A model generated the notes under the pieces. That model was not told the DNA's origin and searched no databases. It was given only the letters and a program-made list of their open reading frames with translations. A stretch of DNA of 64,000 bases from positions 26,688-90,687 of the forward strand of contig JBFXHX010000011.1 in assembly GCA_050176585.1 (NCBI GenBank). The letters are read 5' to 3'. The stretch is from Candidatus Binatia bacterium (GTDB lineage: Bacteria; Desulfobacterota; Binatia; HRBIN30; CADEER01). This document shows positions 37,573 to 45,884 of this stretch, piece after piece; position 1 is the stretch's first letter; each line of letters opens with the position of its first letter. Made by a program: the position numbers and the translations under genes.

Positions 37573-38601
37573 TCAGGGGGCTGCAGCGCTGCCTTCAACG
37601 ACGAAGCCCATGTCTTCCACCATCGCGTGCGCCGCGCGGTACTCTTGGCCGGGTGTAGTCAGGTAGCCGTCGACGAACAGCGAGTTGGCGGCGAACAGGG
37701 CCAGCGGACGGAACCAACCCAGGTTGAGCTCACTGCCGCCGGCCATGCGAATCTCGGCGGCGGGGTTGGTGAGCCGGAAGAGGCAAAGGGCGCGCAGGCA
37801 GCGCATGGGCGTGAGCGCCCGCGTCTCCGCGAACGGCGTCCCATCGATCGGGTGGAGGAAATTGACCGGCAGCGAGTCCACGCGCAGCTCGCGCAGCGCG
37901 AATGCGAGGTCCACGATGTCCTCATCGCTCTCGCCCATGCCGATGATGCCGCCTGAGCAGGTGGAGAGGCCGGCACGCCGCACGTTCTCCACCGTGCGCA
38001 GGCGGTCGGCGTAGGTATGGGTCGTGCAGATGTTCGGATGATGGCTCGCGCTGGTGTTCAGGTTGTGGTTCACGAAGTCGATCCCAGCGGTCTTGAGCGC
38101 GCGCGCCTGATCCTCCTCCATCAAGCCCAGCGACACGCAGAGCTCGAGCCCGGGGTGCTCCGCCTTGATGCGCCGGGCGGCAGCGGCGAAGCGCTCGATG
38201 TCGTTGCGACTCGGGCCGCGGCCGCTGGTGACCATGCAAAAGCGCCGCGCGCCGGCCGCGACGGCCTTGCGCGACGCGGCGAGCAGCTCATCGACGGCGT
38301 CCAGCCGGTAGCGCGGAATGTCGGCCTCGGATACCGCCGACTGCGAGCAGTAGTGGCAATCCTCCGGGCAGAGACCGCTGCGCGCGTTGCGCAGCTGGCA
38401 GAGCTTGACGCGCCGGCCCCAGTGTCGCTCACGCACGCGCCCGGTGGCGCGCAACAGGGCCGGCACGTCGCCGTCCGCGGCGCGGAGGATGCACAGCGCC
38501 GCTTCGCGGTCGATCTCGCCGCCCGCGAGCACCAGATCCGCGAGGGCGTCTGCCCAATGACGCGACGCGACCGCGTCGCCGGCGACCGTCTGCGTTCCCA
38601 T
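37573..38601 (-). CDS. bioB: Biotin synthase
   Basis: Radical-SAM CxxxCxxC (CPEDCHYCSQS) and the BioB-specific downstream motifs. Confidence 0.9.
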   Translation of the reverse strand: MGTQTVAGDAVASRHWADALADLVLAGGEIDREAALCILRAADGDVPALLRATGRVRERHWGRRVKLCQLRNARSGLCPEDCHYCSQSAVSEADIPRYRLDAVDELLAASRKAVAAGARRFCMVTSGRGPSRNDIERFAAAARRIKAEHPGLELCVSLGLMEEDQARALKTAGIDFVNHNLNTSASHHPNICTTHTYADRLRTVENVRRAGLSTCSGGIIGMGESDEDIVDLAFALRELRVDSLPVNFLHPIDGTPFAETRALTPMRCLRALCLFRLTNPAAEIRMAGGSELNLGWFRPLALFAANSLFVDGYLTTPGQEYRAAHAMVEDMGFVVEGSAAAP

Positions 38602-38728
38602 TCGGCCTCGGCTACCAGTCCTCGGCGCGCGGAATCAAGCCGGCGGGTCGAGGGGCGTTACGGCGGTCGGGGTAACCGGTTAGCCCGCTGCCTTGATGTG
38701 CTGCGCGCGCGGCGCGTACTGTGCTCCG

Positions 38729-39061
38729 ATGGGTCTCAAGCAAATTCGCCGGCTGCTGCGCGACGCGCTCGGCTTGATGCCCACACTCGACCTGCACGGG
38801 CTCGGTGTGCAGGACGCCCTCGGTGAGACGGAGCGCTTTCTGAGCGAAGCGCAAGCGCATCACATCCCTTCGGTGCGCATCGTCTACGGCAAGGGCCACG
38901 GGAGCGCCGGCGGCCGCGGCGTGCTGCGCGAGGTCGTGCCGCGCTGGCTCGACGGCGATGGCCGGCGATACGTGCGGCGCTGGGAGCGCCGCCCGGATGC
39001 GTCCGGCGTCGACGGCGGCGCGATCGTCTGGGTCCGCGCGCCGCTGGAGCAACAGGAGTGA
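38729..39061 (+). CDS. Smr-domain protein
   Basis: LDLHGLGVQDALGETERFLSEAQAHHIPSVRIVYGKGHGS is an Smr-domain signature. Confidence 0.7.
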   Translation: MGLKQIRRLLRDALGLMPTLDLHGLGVQDALGETERFLSEAQAHHIPSVRIVYGKGHGSAGGRGVLREVVPRWLDGDGRRYVRRWERRPDASGVDGGAIVWVRAPLEQQE

Positions 39062-39176
39062 CAACGGCAGGCTATTGGCTGCTAGGGGGTTACGCTATTC
39101 GCTGTGAGTCCGATGCGCGCGTGCTCCTCCTTCGGGCCCTTCCCGTCCGGGCGCGCCGCGCTGAGCTACGTCACAC

Positions 39177-39836
39177 TCAACCCGCTGCAACCGCCGCGGC
39201 CACGATCCGGGGCAGCTCACTCGGATGATCGATGATGATGTCCGCGCCGGCTTCGCGCAGCTCGACCGCCGTGCGCAGGCCCCAGCTGCAGCCGACCGTG
39301 CGCGCCCCGAACGCGCGGCCGGTGGCCACGTCGATGGCGCTGTCGCCGATCATCCACACCCGCGGCATCTCCGCACCGACCGCGGCGACGACGTGCGCGA
39401 GTGTGGCGGGATCGGGTTTGCGCACCGGCAGCGCATCCCCGCCGACGACGGCGGCGAAGTAGCGCGCCGCAGCGAGGCCCTCCAACTGGCGCTGGAGAAA
39501 GCCGGTCGGCTTGTTGCTCAAGACGGCCAGCGCGTGCGCGCCCAGCGCATCGAGCGCGGCCCCCATGCCGGGATAGAGCGCGGTCGTGTCGAGGCAGCAG
39601 CGCGCGTAGTGCTCCGCGTAGCGCCGCACGAGCGCTTCGAGCCGCGCTGGCTCAGCGACCCCGCTGGCCCGGCGCACCAGCGCCTCGGCGCCGCGGCCGA
39701 TCCAGGCCCGCACCTGCGCGCCGTCCGCCTCGGGCAACCGGTTTTCGCGCAGGGTGAGGTTCAACGCGGTGGCGATATCGCGCCAGGAGTCGGCGAGCGT
39801 GCCGTCGAAATCGAATACCAGTAGATCGCGCGACAT
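39177..39836 (-). CDS. HAD-superfamily hydrolase (phosphoglycolate phosphatase-like)
   Basis: Motif I LVFDFDGTLADS, motif II LAVLSNKP, motif III/IV K...GDSAIDV. The 489-aa raw ORF 5' extension overlaps the divergent gene and was rejected. Confidence 0.8.
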   Translation of the reverse strand: MSRDLLVFDFDGTLADSWRDIATALNLTLRENRLPEADGAQVRAWIGRGAEALVRRASGVAEPARLEALVRRYAEHYARCCLDTTALYPGMGAALDALGAHALAVLSNKPTGFLQRQLEGLAAARYFAAVVGGDALPVRKPDPATLAHVVAAVGAEMPRVWMIGDSAIDVATGRAFGARTVGCSWGLRTAVELREAGADIIIDHPSELPRIVAAAVAAG

Positions 39837-40053
39837 GCGGCGCAGCGTATCAGACCCGGTCTCCACCGCGACGCGGCTCCGCCGCCCGCGCCGCACGCCG
39901 GCAGCAGCGCCGCGGGGCGCGTGGAGACCGCGGCCATTGCGGTTGCCTCCGGCGCCGGCGCCGCTACCATGCGGCGCGGTGAAAGCGGTGGGGCAGGGGT
40001 CGGCCGCGCGGCTGGCGCGGACGCGGCTGCGCGGGGCAACGAAGGCCAAAAGG

Positions 40054-41037
40054 GTGCGCCCGCGCGCGCGCCCCGGCTGGCCGGAGTGGAGCCGCGCCGC
40101 CGGTGAGGCAATCGCGCTCGGCATCACCGCGTTGGTCGCGGTGATCGCGGCGCTCAGCCGCTTCGCGGAGTGGTTCGTGGGCGCCGGCCTCTGGCGCCAC
40201 CTGCTGCCGTTCGCCGCCGCCGTGCTGGTGCTGGCGATCGCCACCGGCGCTTGCCTGTCGGGATGGCTGGCGGTGCGCCCCCGCCTCGCCGCGCGGCTCA
40301 AGTGGGCGCCGCTGGCGATGGCGCTGGCGATGGCCTGCGCGGCCGGGTGGTTTGCCGCACGCCCGGCCTTCTGGCGGGACTTGCGCCATCTCCAGGTTCT
40401 GGTCGGCGGGCAGGCGGCCGCCGCCCGCGCCGCCATCGGCCACCAGGTGTTCGCGGCATATCGCCGCCTCGCGCGCCCCGACGTGGAGCGCATGTTCGCG
40501 CGCGCGCAACCGTTCAGCCCGGCGATCCACGAAGCCGCCGTCGCCTTCGGCCTCGATGCCGACCTGCTGATGGGCTTGGCCGCGGCCGAGTCGTCCTTCG
40601 CCCCGCGGCGCAGCGCCGATGGCGGGCGCGGCCTGTTCCAGATCACCGTGGCGCCTGCGAGCGCGCTGCGCGCCGCACGAGCGGCGCTTTCCGCCGAGCA
40701 GATCGACCTCGCCGACGACCGGCATAACGCGTTCGTCGGTGCCGCGGTGTTGCGGCGGTACCTGGATGAAGTACGCGGCGACCTCTTCCTCGCCCTGCTC
40801 GCCTACAACATCGGGCCCGCGAACGGCGGACTGCGCGCGATCATGGAGCGCTACGGCGCGCGCGACTTCGTCACCATCCAGCCGTACCTGCAAGCGCTGC
40901 CGCGCGACTATCCGATTCGCGTGCTGTCCAACGCGCTCGCCTATCGCCTGTGGCGCACCGGCGGCGCGCTGCCGCCCTATGAGGAGGGCGACAATGCACA
41001 GCAGGTGCAAGCCGCGGGCATCCCGGGGATGCCCTGA
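40054..41037 (+). CDS. Lytic transglycosylase (SLT domain) with N-terminal TM segments
   Basis: SLT motifs GLMGLAAAESSFAP, GGRGLFQIT and AYNIGP. The start is uncertain. The first in-frame ATG (39835) overlaps the divergent HAD start by 1 nt, so a downstream GTG (about 40054) ahead of the first TM helix is proposed. Confidence 0.6.
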   Translation: MRPRARPGWPEWSRAAGEAIALGITALVAVIAALSRFAEWFVGAGLWRHLLPFAAAVLVLAIATGACLSGWLAVRPRLAARLKWAPLAMALAMACAAGWFAARPAFWRDLRHLQVLVGGQAAAARAAIGHQVFAAYRRLARPDVERMFARAQPFSPAIHEAAVAFGLDADLLMGLAAAESSFAPRRSADGGRGLFQITVAPASALRAARAALSAEQIDLADDRHNAFVGAAVLRRYLDEVRGDLFLALLAYNIGPANGGLRAIMERYGARDFVTIQPYLQALPRDYPIRVLSNALAYRLWRTGGALPPYEEGDNAQQVQAAGIPGMP

Positions 41038-41194
41038 GGGCGTCCAGGCGCATGTCGCCGAGCGCCGTAGCCACCCGGGAGATCCCACTTCCGCGGCGCC
41101 ACGGCGCGCGCGCTGGGCGCATCGGGTAGTCAGCGGCGTGGACGCGTTGCGCGGCCGCGCCAAGCCGCGTATGGGCGTTGCGGGGGAGGCACTC

Positions 41195-41605
41195 ATGGCA
41201 CCAGCGCCGCCGCGTGGCACCTGGCTCACCGTGTGCGCGGTCCTGTTCGTGCTGCTCGGCATCTCGAACTTGCTGAAGCCGTTTCAGATGGGCGGCGAGG
41301 ACGTCGGTTTCGTCCTCTTCGGCACCCGCCTCCGAGGAGTGGCCAACGCCATCGTGGGGCCGCTGTTGGGCGTGTACCTGCTGATCTACGCCCACGGCAT
41401 CTGGACCATGCGCCGCTTCGCGCTCGGGATGGGACACGCATACGCGGCGTACGTGATCCTGAACCTTCTGCTCTGGCACTTGAACCGCTCCACGCCCCGC
41501 ACCCCCGCCGAGACGGCCGTCTGGATCGCGTACGCGGCGGTGGCGATCGGGGTCTCCCTGGGCGCCGCCATTGCGCTGACCAAGCGCAAGGCAGAGCTGC
41601 GCTGA
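41195..41605 (+). CDS. Small hypothetical membrane protein (136 aa, about 4 TM)
   Basis: MAPAPPRGTWLTVCAVLFVLLGISNLL... A strong SD GGGGGAGG lies 5 nt upstream of the ATG. Confidence 0.55.
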   Translation: MAPAPPRGTWLTVCAVLFVLLGISNLLKPFQMGGEDVGFVLFGTRLRGVANAIVGPLLGVYLLIYAHGIWTMRRFALGMGHAYAAYVILNLLLWHLNRSTPRTPAETAVWIAYAAVAIGVSLGAAIALTKRKAELR

Positions 41606-41635
41606 CCGCGGCGCACGGGCACACTTGGACGCGGC

Positions 41636-44188
41636 ATGCGTATCCTCCGCGCTCTGCTCACCTTCGGCTTCGCGCTCGTCACTGCGATGGTGGTGGTTCT
41701 CGCGTTGGCCGTTCACCTCGCCGCGACCGGCCGCAGCCTGCCGGTGCTGCGCGCGGTGGTGGCCACCGTGGGTCGCGCCTTCGAAGGGCAACGCACCGAG
41801 CTGATCTCGCTGCGGCTCGCGCTACGGCCCGCCGAAGGCGTGTTGTCCGGCCATGCGTCGCTCACCGTGCGCGCCGAAGCCGATGGACGGCGGCGCCTGT
41901 TCTTCCTCCTGAACGACGGCCTGCAGATACGCGGCGCGTTCCGCGAGCGCGATGACGGCACGCGTACCCCGCTCGGCGTGCTCCGGCTGGGGCTGCTGAG
42001 CGTGATCCAGCTACCCGAGCCGCTCGCCAAGGGCGAAGCGGCGCGCATCGGGCTCGCGTATTCCGGCGCGCTGCACAGCGCGTTGAGCGGTGGGGGCGCC
42101 GTGGTCGAGCGCGACGACGTGGTCGTGACCGCCGCCGACCTTTGGTACCCCTCCGACGTCCAGGGCGGGTTCAGCGCCGACGTGGAAGTGCTGCTGCCGC
42201 GCGAGCTGACCGTGGTGCACAATGGCCGCGACCTGAGCCGTGTCGAGCAGGGCACCAGCGCCACCGTGCGCTTCGCCACCGATCGGCCGGTGAATGGGCT
42301 GGGCCTGGTGGCCGGCCGCTATCGCGCATCCGAACGCGACGTCGGCGGCCGCCAGTACCGGCTGCTGCTGGCCGATGGCGTCGAGATCGATGCCGACCGC
42401 ACGCTCGAAGCGATGGCGGTCGCCGAGCAGGGGCTGTCTGCGCACTATGGACCCTCCGGTTTTCCGCGCGCCACGCTGTGCGTGCCGCGCCGCGTGGATC
42501 GCGGCTTCAACGATGGCAGCGGAGTGATCGTCGTGCCGCCGCGGTACTTCGCGGACGGCTACTACGGCTTCGAAACGCTCGCGCACGAGCTCGCGCACAA
42601 CTGGTGGGGAGCGACCGTTGCCGAGCGTTGGCTGGACCCCGGCAGCGGCGGGGCGTGGATCGTGGAAGGATTCGCCCAGTACTCCGCCTGGCGGGCGGTC
42701 GCCGAGCGCTTCGGCGAGACGGCGTTGGTGCGCACGTTGGCCCGAAACTTCTTCGATCCCGATGCGACGCGCGCGGTCGCGGAGATGTCGACCCTCGACA
42801 ACGTCCTCGATCCGCAGACGCGGGCGACGATCTATCAGAAGGGCGGCTACGTGACCTACATGCTGGCACAGCTGCTCGGGCCCGAGCGCTTCGATGCGGC
42901 AGCGCGGGCGTTCATCGACGAGTTCCGCTACCGCGGCGCCACCGACGCCGATCTCGAGCGCGTGTTCGCGGCGTCGTCCGGGCAGGACCTGCAGCCGTTC
43001 TTCAGCACATGGGTGCGCTCGAATACCGCGCTCGATCTTGCGCTCGAAGCGGGCGAAGGCTCGGCCGTCGTTCGCAATCTGCGACCGGCGCCCGCGCCGT
43101 CCCCGCTGGCGCTATGGCGCTTCGCCCCGGGCGGTGAGATCGAGCGGGCAGAGACCGCCGTCGGCCAGACGGTCCCGCTCGGCGATGCGCAGCGCTTGAT
43201 TGTCGACCCGCAGGCCGCGACCGCGGACATGTTCCGCAGCAACAATCAGCTGCCGCGCCGCGACGCGCCGCGCGTCGTTGCCGCTTCGCAGCGGGGCGAA
43301 GTGATGGTCGTCGAAGGCGAGCCGGTATCCTGGGAACCGGCGACGATCCGCATCGTCGACCCGAACGGCCGCACGCTGCACTCGTGGGTCATCGACCGGG
43401 GTGTGCTCGGCGATCCCGCGTGGACCGCCGACGGCACCCGCATCCTGGCCGTGGAGAGCGCGCGCGCCGGTCGGCCGACGCTGCTCAGCCTGAACAGCGC
43501 CGATGGCGGGCGCAAGCAGCTCGGCCACGACAGCATTGCGGCCGGTGACGCGGAAGGCACGCTGGTCGCCCGCGGTGGACAGCTGATCCGGCTCGCCGGC
43601 GGGGAGGAGCGCGTGCTGGTCGCGCATGACGACGGCCGCATCGTGGCGCCGCTGCCGGCTCCGCGGGGCGGCGGCATCGCCTACATCCTGCTGCGCCGAG
43701 CCGATATGGAGCTCCGCCTGCTCGATCCCGGCCAGGCGCTCAGCCGCGTGCTCTTCACCTGGCCCGCGGCACGCGTGCGCTGGCAATGGGCTCCGGACGG
43801 TGCGCGGATCTTCGCGGCGCTGCCCGGCACATGGGACTGGCAGCTCTGGGAGCTCCCCGCGGACGGCAGCCCGCCGCGCGCGCTAGTCGAAAACGCGGCG
43901 CGCCTCGCCGACTTCGCCGTGTCGCCCGATGGACACCGCCTGGCGGTGGTTGCGCAGTCCGAACCCGGTGCAGCCGACGAACGGGCCGAAGTCTTCGCGC
44001 TCGACGTCCGCTCGAACGAGGTCCGCCGGTTCGACCTGGGCGGCCGCACCGCGCTCGGCGCGACCTGGCTCTACGCCAACGCCCTCGTCCTCGTGACCGC
44101 CGACGCCGCCCCGGCCACCGTTCCGCAAGCGCGAGAGCTGCAGCGGCTCAATGTGGACGATGGAACGTTGGAACCCTGGGGGAGGTAG
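41636..44188 (+). CDS. M1-family zinc metallopeptidase (aminopeptidase N-like) fused to a C-terminal beta-propeller (TolB/PD40-like) domain; N-terminal TM/signal anchor
   Basis: HELAHNWWG (HExxH) plus the downstream glutamate in WIVEGFAQYSAW. The C-terminal 300 aa contain repeated hydrophobic-D/G-G motifs (ADGTRILAV, SPDGHRLAVV). N-terminal hydrophobic anchor. Confidence 0.8.
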   Translation: MRILRALLTFGFALVTAMVVVLALAVHLAATGRSLPVLRAVVATVGRAFEGQRTELISLRLALRPAEGVLSGHASLTVRAEADGRRRLFFLLNDGLQIRGAFRERDDGTRTPLGVLRLGLLSVIQLPEPLAKGEAARIGLAYSGALHSALSGGGAVVERDDVVVTAADLWYPSDVQGGFSADVEVLLPRELTVVHNGRDLSRVEQGTSATVRFATDRPVNGLGLVAGRYRASERDVGGRQYRLLLADGVEIDADRTLEAMAVAEQGLSAHYGPSGFPRATLCVPRRVDRGFNDGSGVIVVPPRYFADGYYGFETLAHELAHNWWGATVAERWLDPGSGGAWIVEGFAQYSAWRAVAERFGETALVRTLARNFFDPDATRAVAEMSTLDNVLDPQTRATIYQKGGYVTYMLAQLLGPERFDAAARAFIDEFRYRGATDADLERVFAASSGQDLQPFFSTWVRSNTALDLALEAGEGSAVVRNLRPAPAPSPLALWRFAPGGEIERAETAVGQTVPLGDAQRLIVDPQAATADMFRSNNQLPRRDAPRVVAASQRGEVMVVEGEPVSWEPATIRIVDPNGRTLHSWVIDRGVLGDPAWTADGTRILAVESARAGRPTLLSLNSADGGRKQLGHDSIAAGDAEGTLVARGGQLIRLAGGEERVLVAHDDGRIVAPLPAPRGGGIAYILLRRADMELRLLDPGQALSRVLFTWPAARVRWQWAPDGARIFAALPGTWDWQLWELPADGSPPRALVENAARLADFAVSPDGHRLAVVAQSEPGAADERAEVFALDVRSNEVRRFDLGGRTALGATWLYANALVLVTADAAPATVPQARELQRLNVDDGTLEPWGR

Positions 44189-44204
44189 GGCGGCCCAGCT
44201 CCAT

Positions 44205-44335
44205 CAGGGCATCAGGGTTAGCGTTAAGGGGTTAGGGCTCAGAAGCTCGGCTGCTACCTCGTGGAGTCCCGCGCGGCGTGGCGTGCGAACGTCCTTCTCC
44301 GCAAAACCCCTGACCCTTATACCGTGCCTTAAGCG
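44205..44335. repeat. Intergenic G/C-tract repeat element, copy B (related to 32806-32905)
   Basis: gttaaggggttagggctcagaagctcgg...caaaacccctgacccttataccgtgccttaagcgccttccc between the convergent peptidase and CBS genes. Confidence 0.4.
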
Positions 44336-44862
44336 CCTTCCCGCTCCCTCGGGGTCTCCAAAGTGGGGAGCGGCGGCAGGTTGCGCACGTCATTCGAGAT
44401 CTGATCGACGATGGCGTCGACGATGTTGCGCATCGTCACCACGCCCGTCGGGTGGCCGTCGGCATCGACCAGGGGAATGCGCCGGAACCCGCCGTCGCAC
44501 ATGCGGTTGAGCGCGTAGCCGATGCCGTCGCCGAGCGTCAGGCACTCGGGGTCGGGCGTCATCACCTCGCCGACCGGTGTGGTGGCCGCATCACGGCCGA
44601 GGCCGACGACTTTGCGGAGCACATCGCGCTCGGTGAAGATGCCAACCAGCTTTTCCCCGTCGACGATCAGCACACAGCCGACGCGGCCCTCGTTCATGAC
44701 CTCCACCGCGCGCAACACCGTGGCGCTCGGAGCCACGCAGATCGGATCTTTGAGCGTGGTCAGCGAATGGATCGGGCGCTTCGCGATCACCGCACCGAAA
44801 CGCGCCGCCTCCTCCGCGCGCTCTTCGGCGATGTCTTCCTCTTCCTCGATGTGCTCGTCCAT
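44329..44862 (-). CDS. CBS-domain pair protein with acidic N-terminus
   Basis: Tandem CBS motifs (VGCVLIVDGEKLVGIFTERDVLRKV; FRRIPLVDADGHPTGVVTMRNIVDAI). Start at MDEHIEEEEDI. Confidence 0.75.
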   Translation of the reverse strand: MDEHIEEEEDIAEERAEEAARFGAVIAKRPIHSLTTLKDPICVAPSATVLRAVEVMNEGRVGCVLIVDGEKLVGIFTERDVLRKVVGLGRDAATTPVGEVMTPDPECLTLGDGIGYALNRMCDGGFRRIPLVDADGHPTGVVTMRNIVDAIVDQISNDVRNLPPLPTLETPREREGA

Positions 44863-45269
44863 GGCGTTCGGAACGCGTCGGCTCCGCACTGCCCGCGGCG
44901 GTGGCGTTCACGCGGTGACGCTCTTGTGGCACGCTGCCCGATGAGCCCGCAAGTCGGTACCGCCGCGGCGATGCGTGGATACGCGGCGGCTCACTTCCGT
45001 TGTCGCCAGGACGTGCTTGCCGTGGGATTCATTCGTTCAGCCGTACTCGAAGCGGTGGGCCTCGGCAAAGAGCGGCGCGGTTTGCGCCCGGCCGCGACAG
45101 GAGCGGTGGCCACATCGGACCGCTGCCCAGCGCGCGTGTCGCCCACGCGGTGTCCGCAGGCGTAGCGATTGGGCAACGAGCGACGGGATAGCGCAGGTCT
45201 GTCCCGTCGTTTTGGCCGGGAGGGGCGCGCTTGTCCGAAGCCGGCCGACCTCGCTAAGACAACTGGGCG

Positions 45270-45536
45270 ATGAGTACCGAGGGCGCGCCGGCGAAAAAGA
45301 AAGCCGCGGACATCGATGTCCTGCGGTGCCTCAACCCGGAGTGCCGGTGGATGCTCGCCTTCGAGGTCAGCCCGGGCAACGTTCTCAACCCGGATCTGCA
45401 CTGGATGGCCGACGCGAACGGCGACACCCGCTATTTCCCCTGTCCGAGCTGCCGCGGGCGCAACATCGTCGAGGAAGTGCGCGACGCGGCCGGAACGCTG
45501 CGCCATGCGGTGACGCGGTACGAGGCGGACGCATGA
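45270..45536 (+). CDS. Small zinc-ribbon protein (88 aa)
   Basis: Two Cys pairs, CLNPEC ... CPSC. Translationally coupled (ATGA) to the next gene. Confidence 0.5.
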   Translation: MSTEGAPAKKKAADIDVLRCLNPECRWMLAFEVSPGNVLNPDLHWMADANGDTRYFPCPSCRGRNIVEEVRDAAGTLRHAVTRYEADA

Positions 45537-45841
45537 CCGCCGACCAGCACCGCGCGCGGTACTCCGGCTCTCCGGGTGCGGATGCGCCGGCAAGCTCCTC
45601 TTCCGCCGCGGCCCAGGTCGATGATCTCGAACTCATCCCCCGCGCGGTGCGCGACAAGCTCGACCGCACCGGCATTAAGCTCCGCCTGCGCGAGTGGTCG
45701 CTGCTAGCCCGCGAAGAGCGGCAGCGGCTGGTCGATGCGCCGTGCCAGTCGGCAGCCGAGGTCGCCAGCTATGCGACCCTCCTCGACCGCATGGTCCGCG
45801 CGCGCAGCGGCAGGCTGCCCGACCGCTTGCCTCCGCGGTGA
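45533..45841 (+). CDS. Small protein resembling the nitrate-reductase-associated protein family (assignment tentative)
   Basis: LELIPRAVRDKLDRTGIKLRLREWSLLAREERQRL resembles, from memory, the conserved core of that small-protein family. Not verified. Confidence 0.4.
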   Translation: MTADQHRARYSGSPGADAPASSSSAAAQVDDLELIPRAVRDKLDRTGIKLRLREWSLLAREERQRLVDAPCQSAAEVASYATLLDRMVRARSGRLPDRLPPR

Positions 45842-45884
45842 AATCCCGCGGCCTTCCGGCCTCTGCAGTGGCTCGGCAACCAGC

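Noticed and set aside
39836-40646. 5' extension of the HAD hydrolase ORF to 489 aa
   Set aside because: The HAD motif I sits 9 aa after the internal ATG at 39836. The upstream part is Arg/Ala-rich and antisense to the SLT-domain gene.
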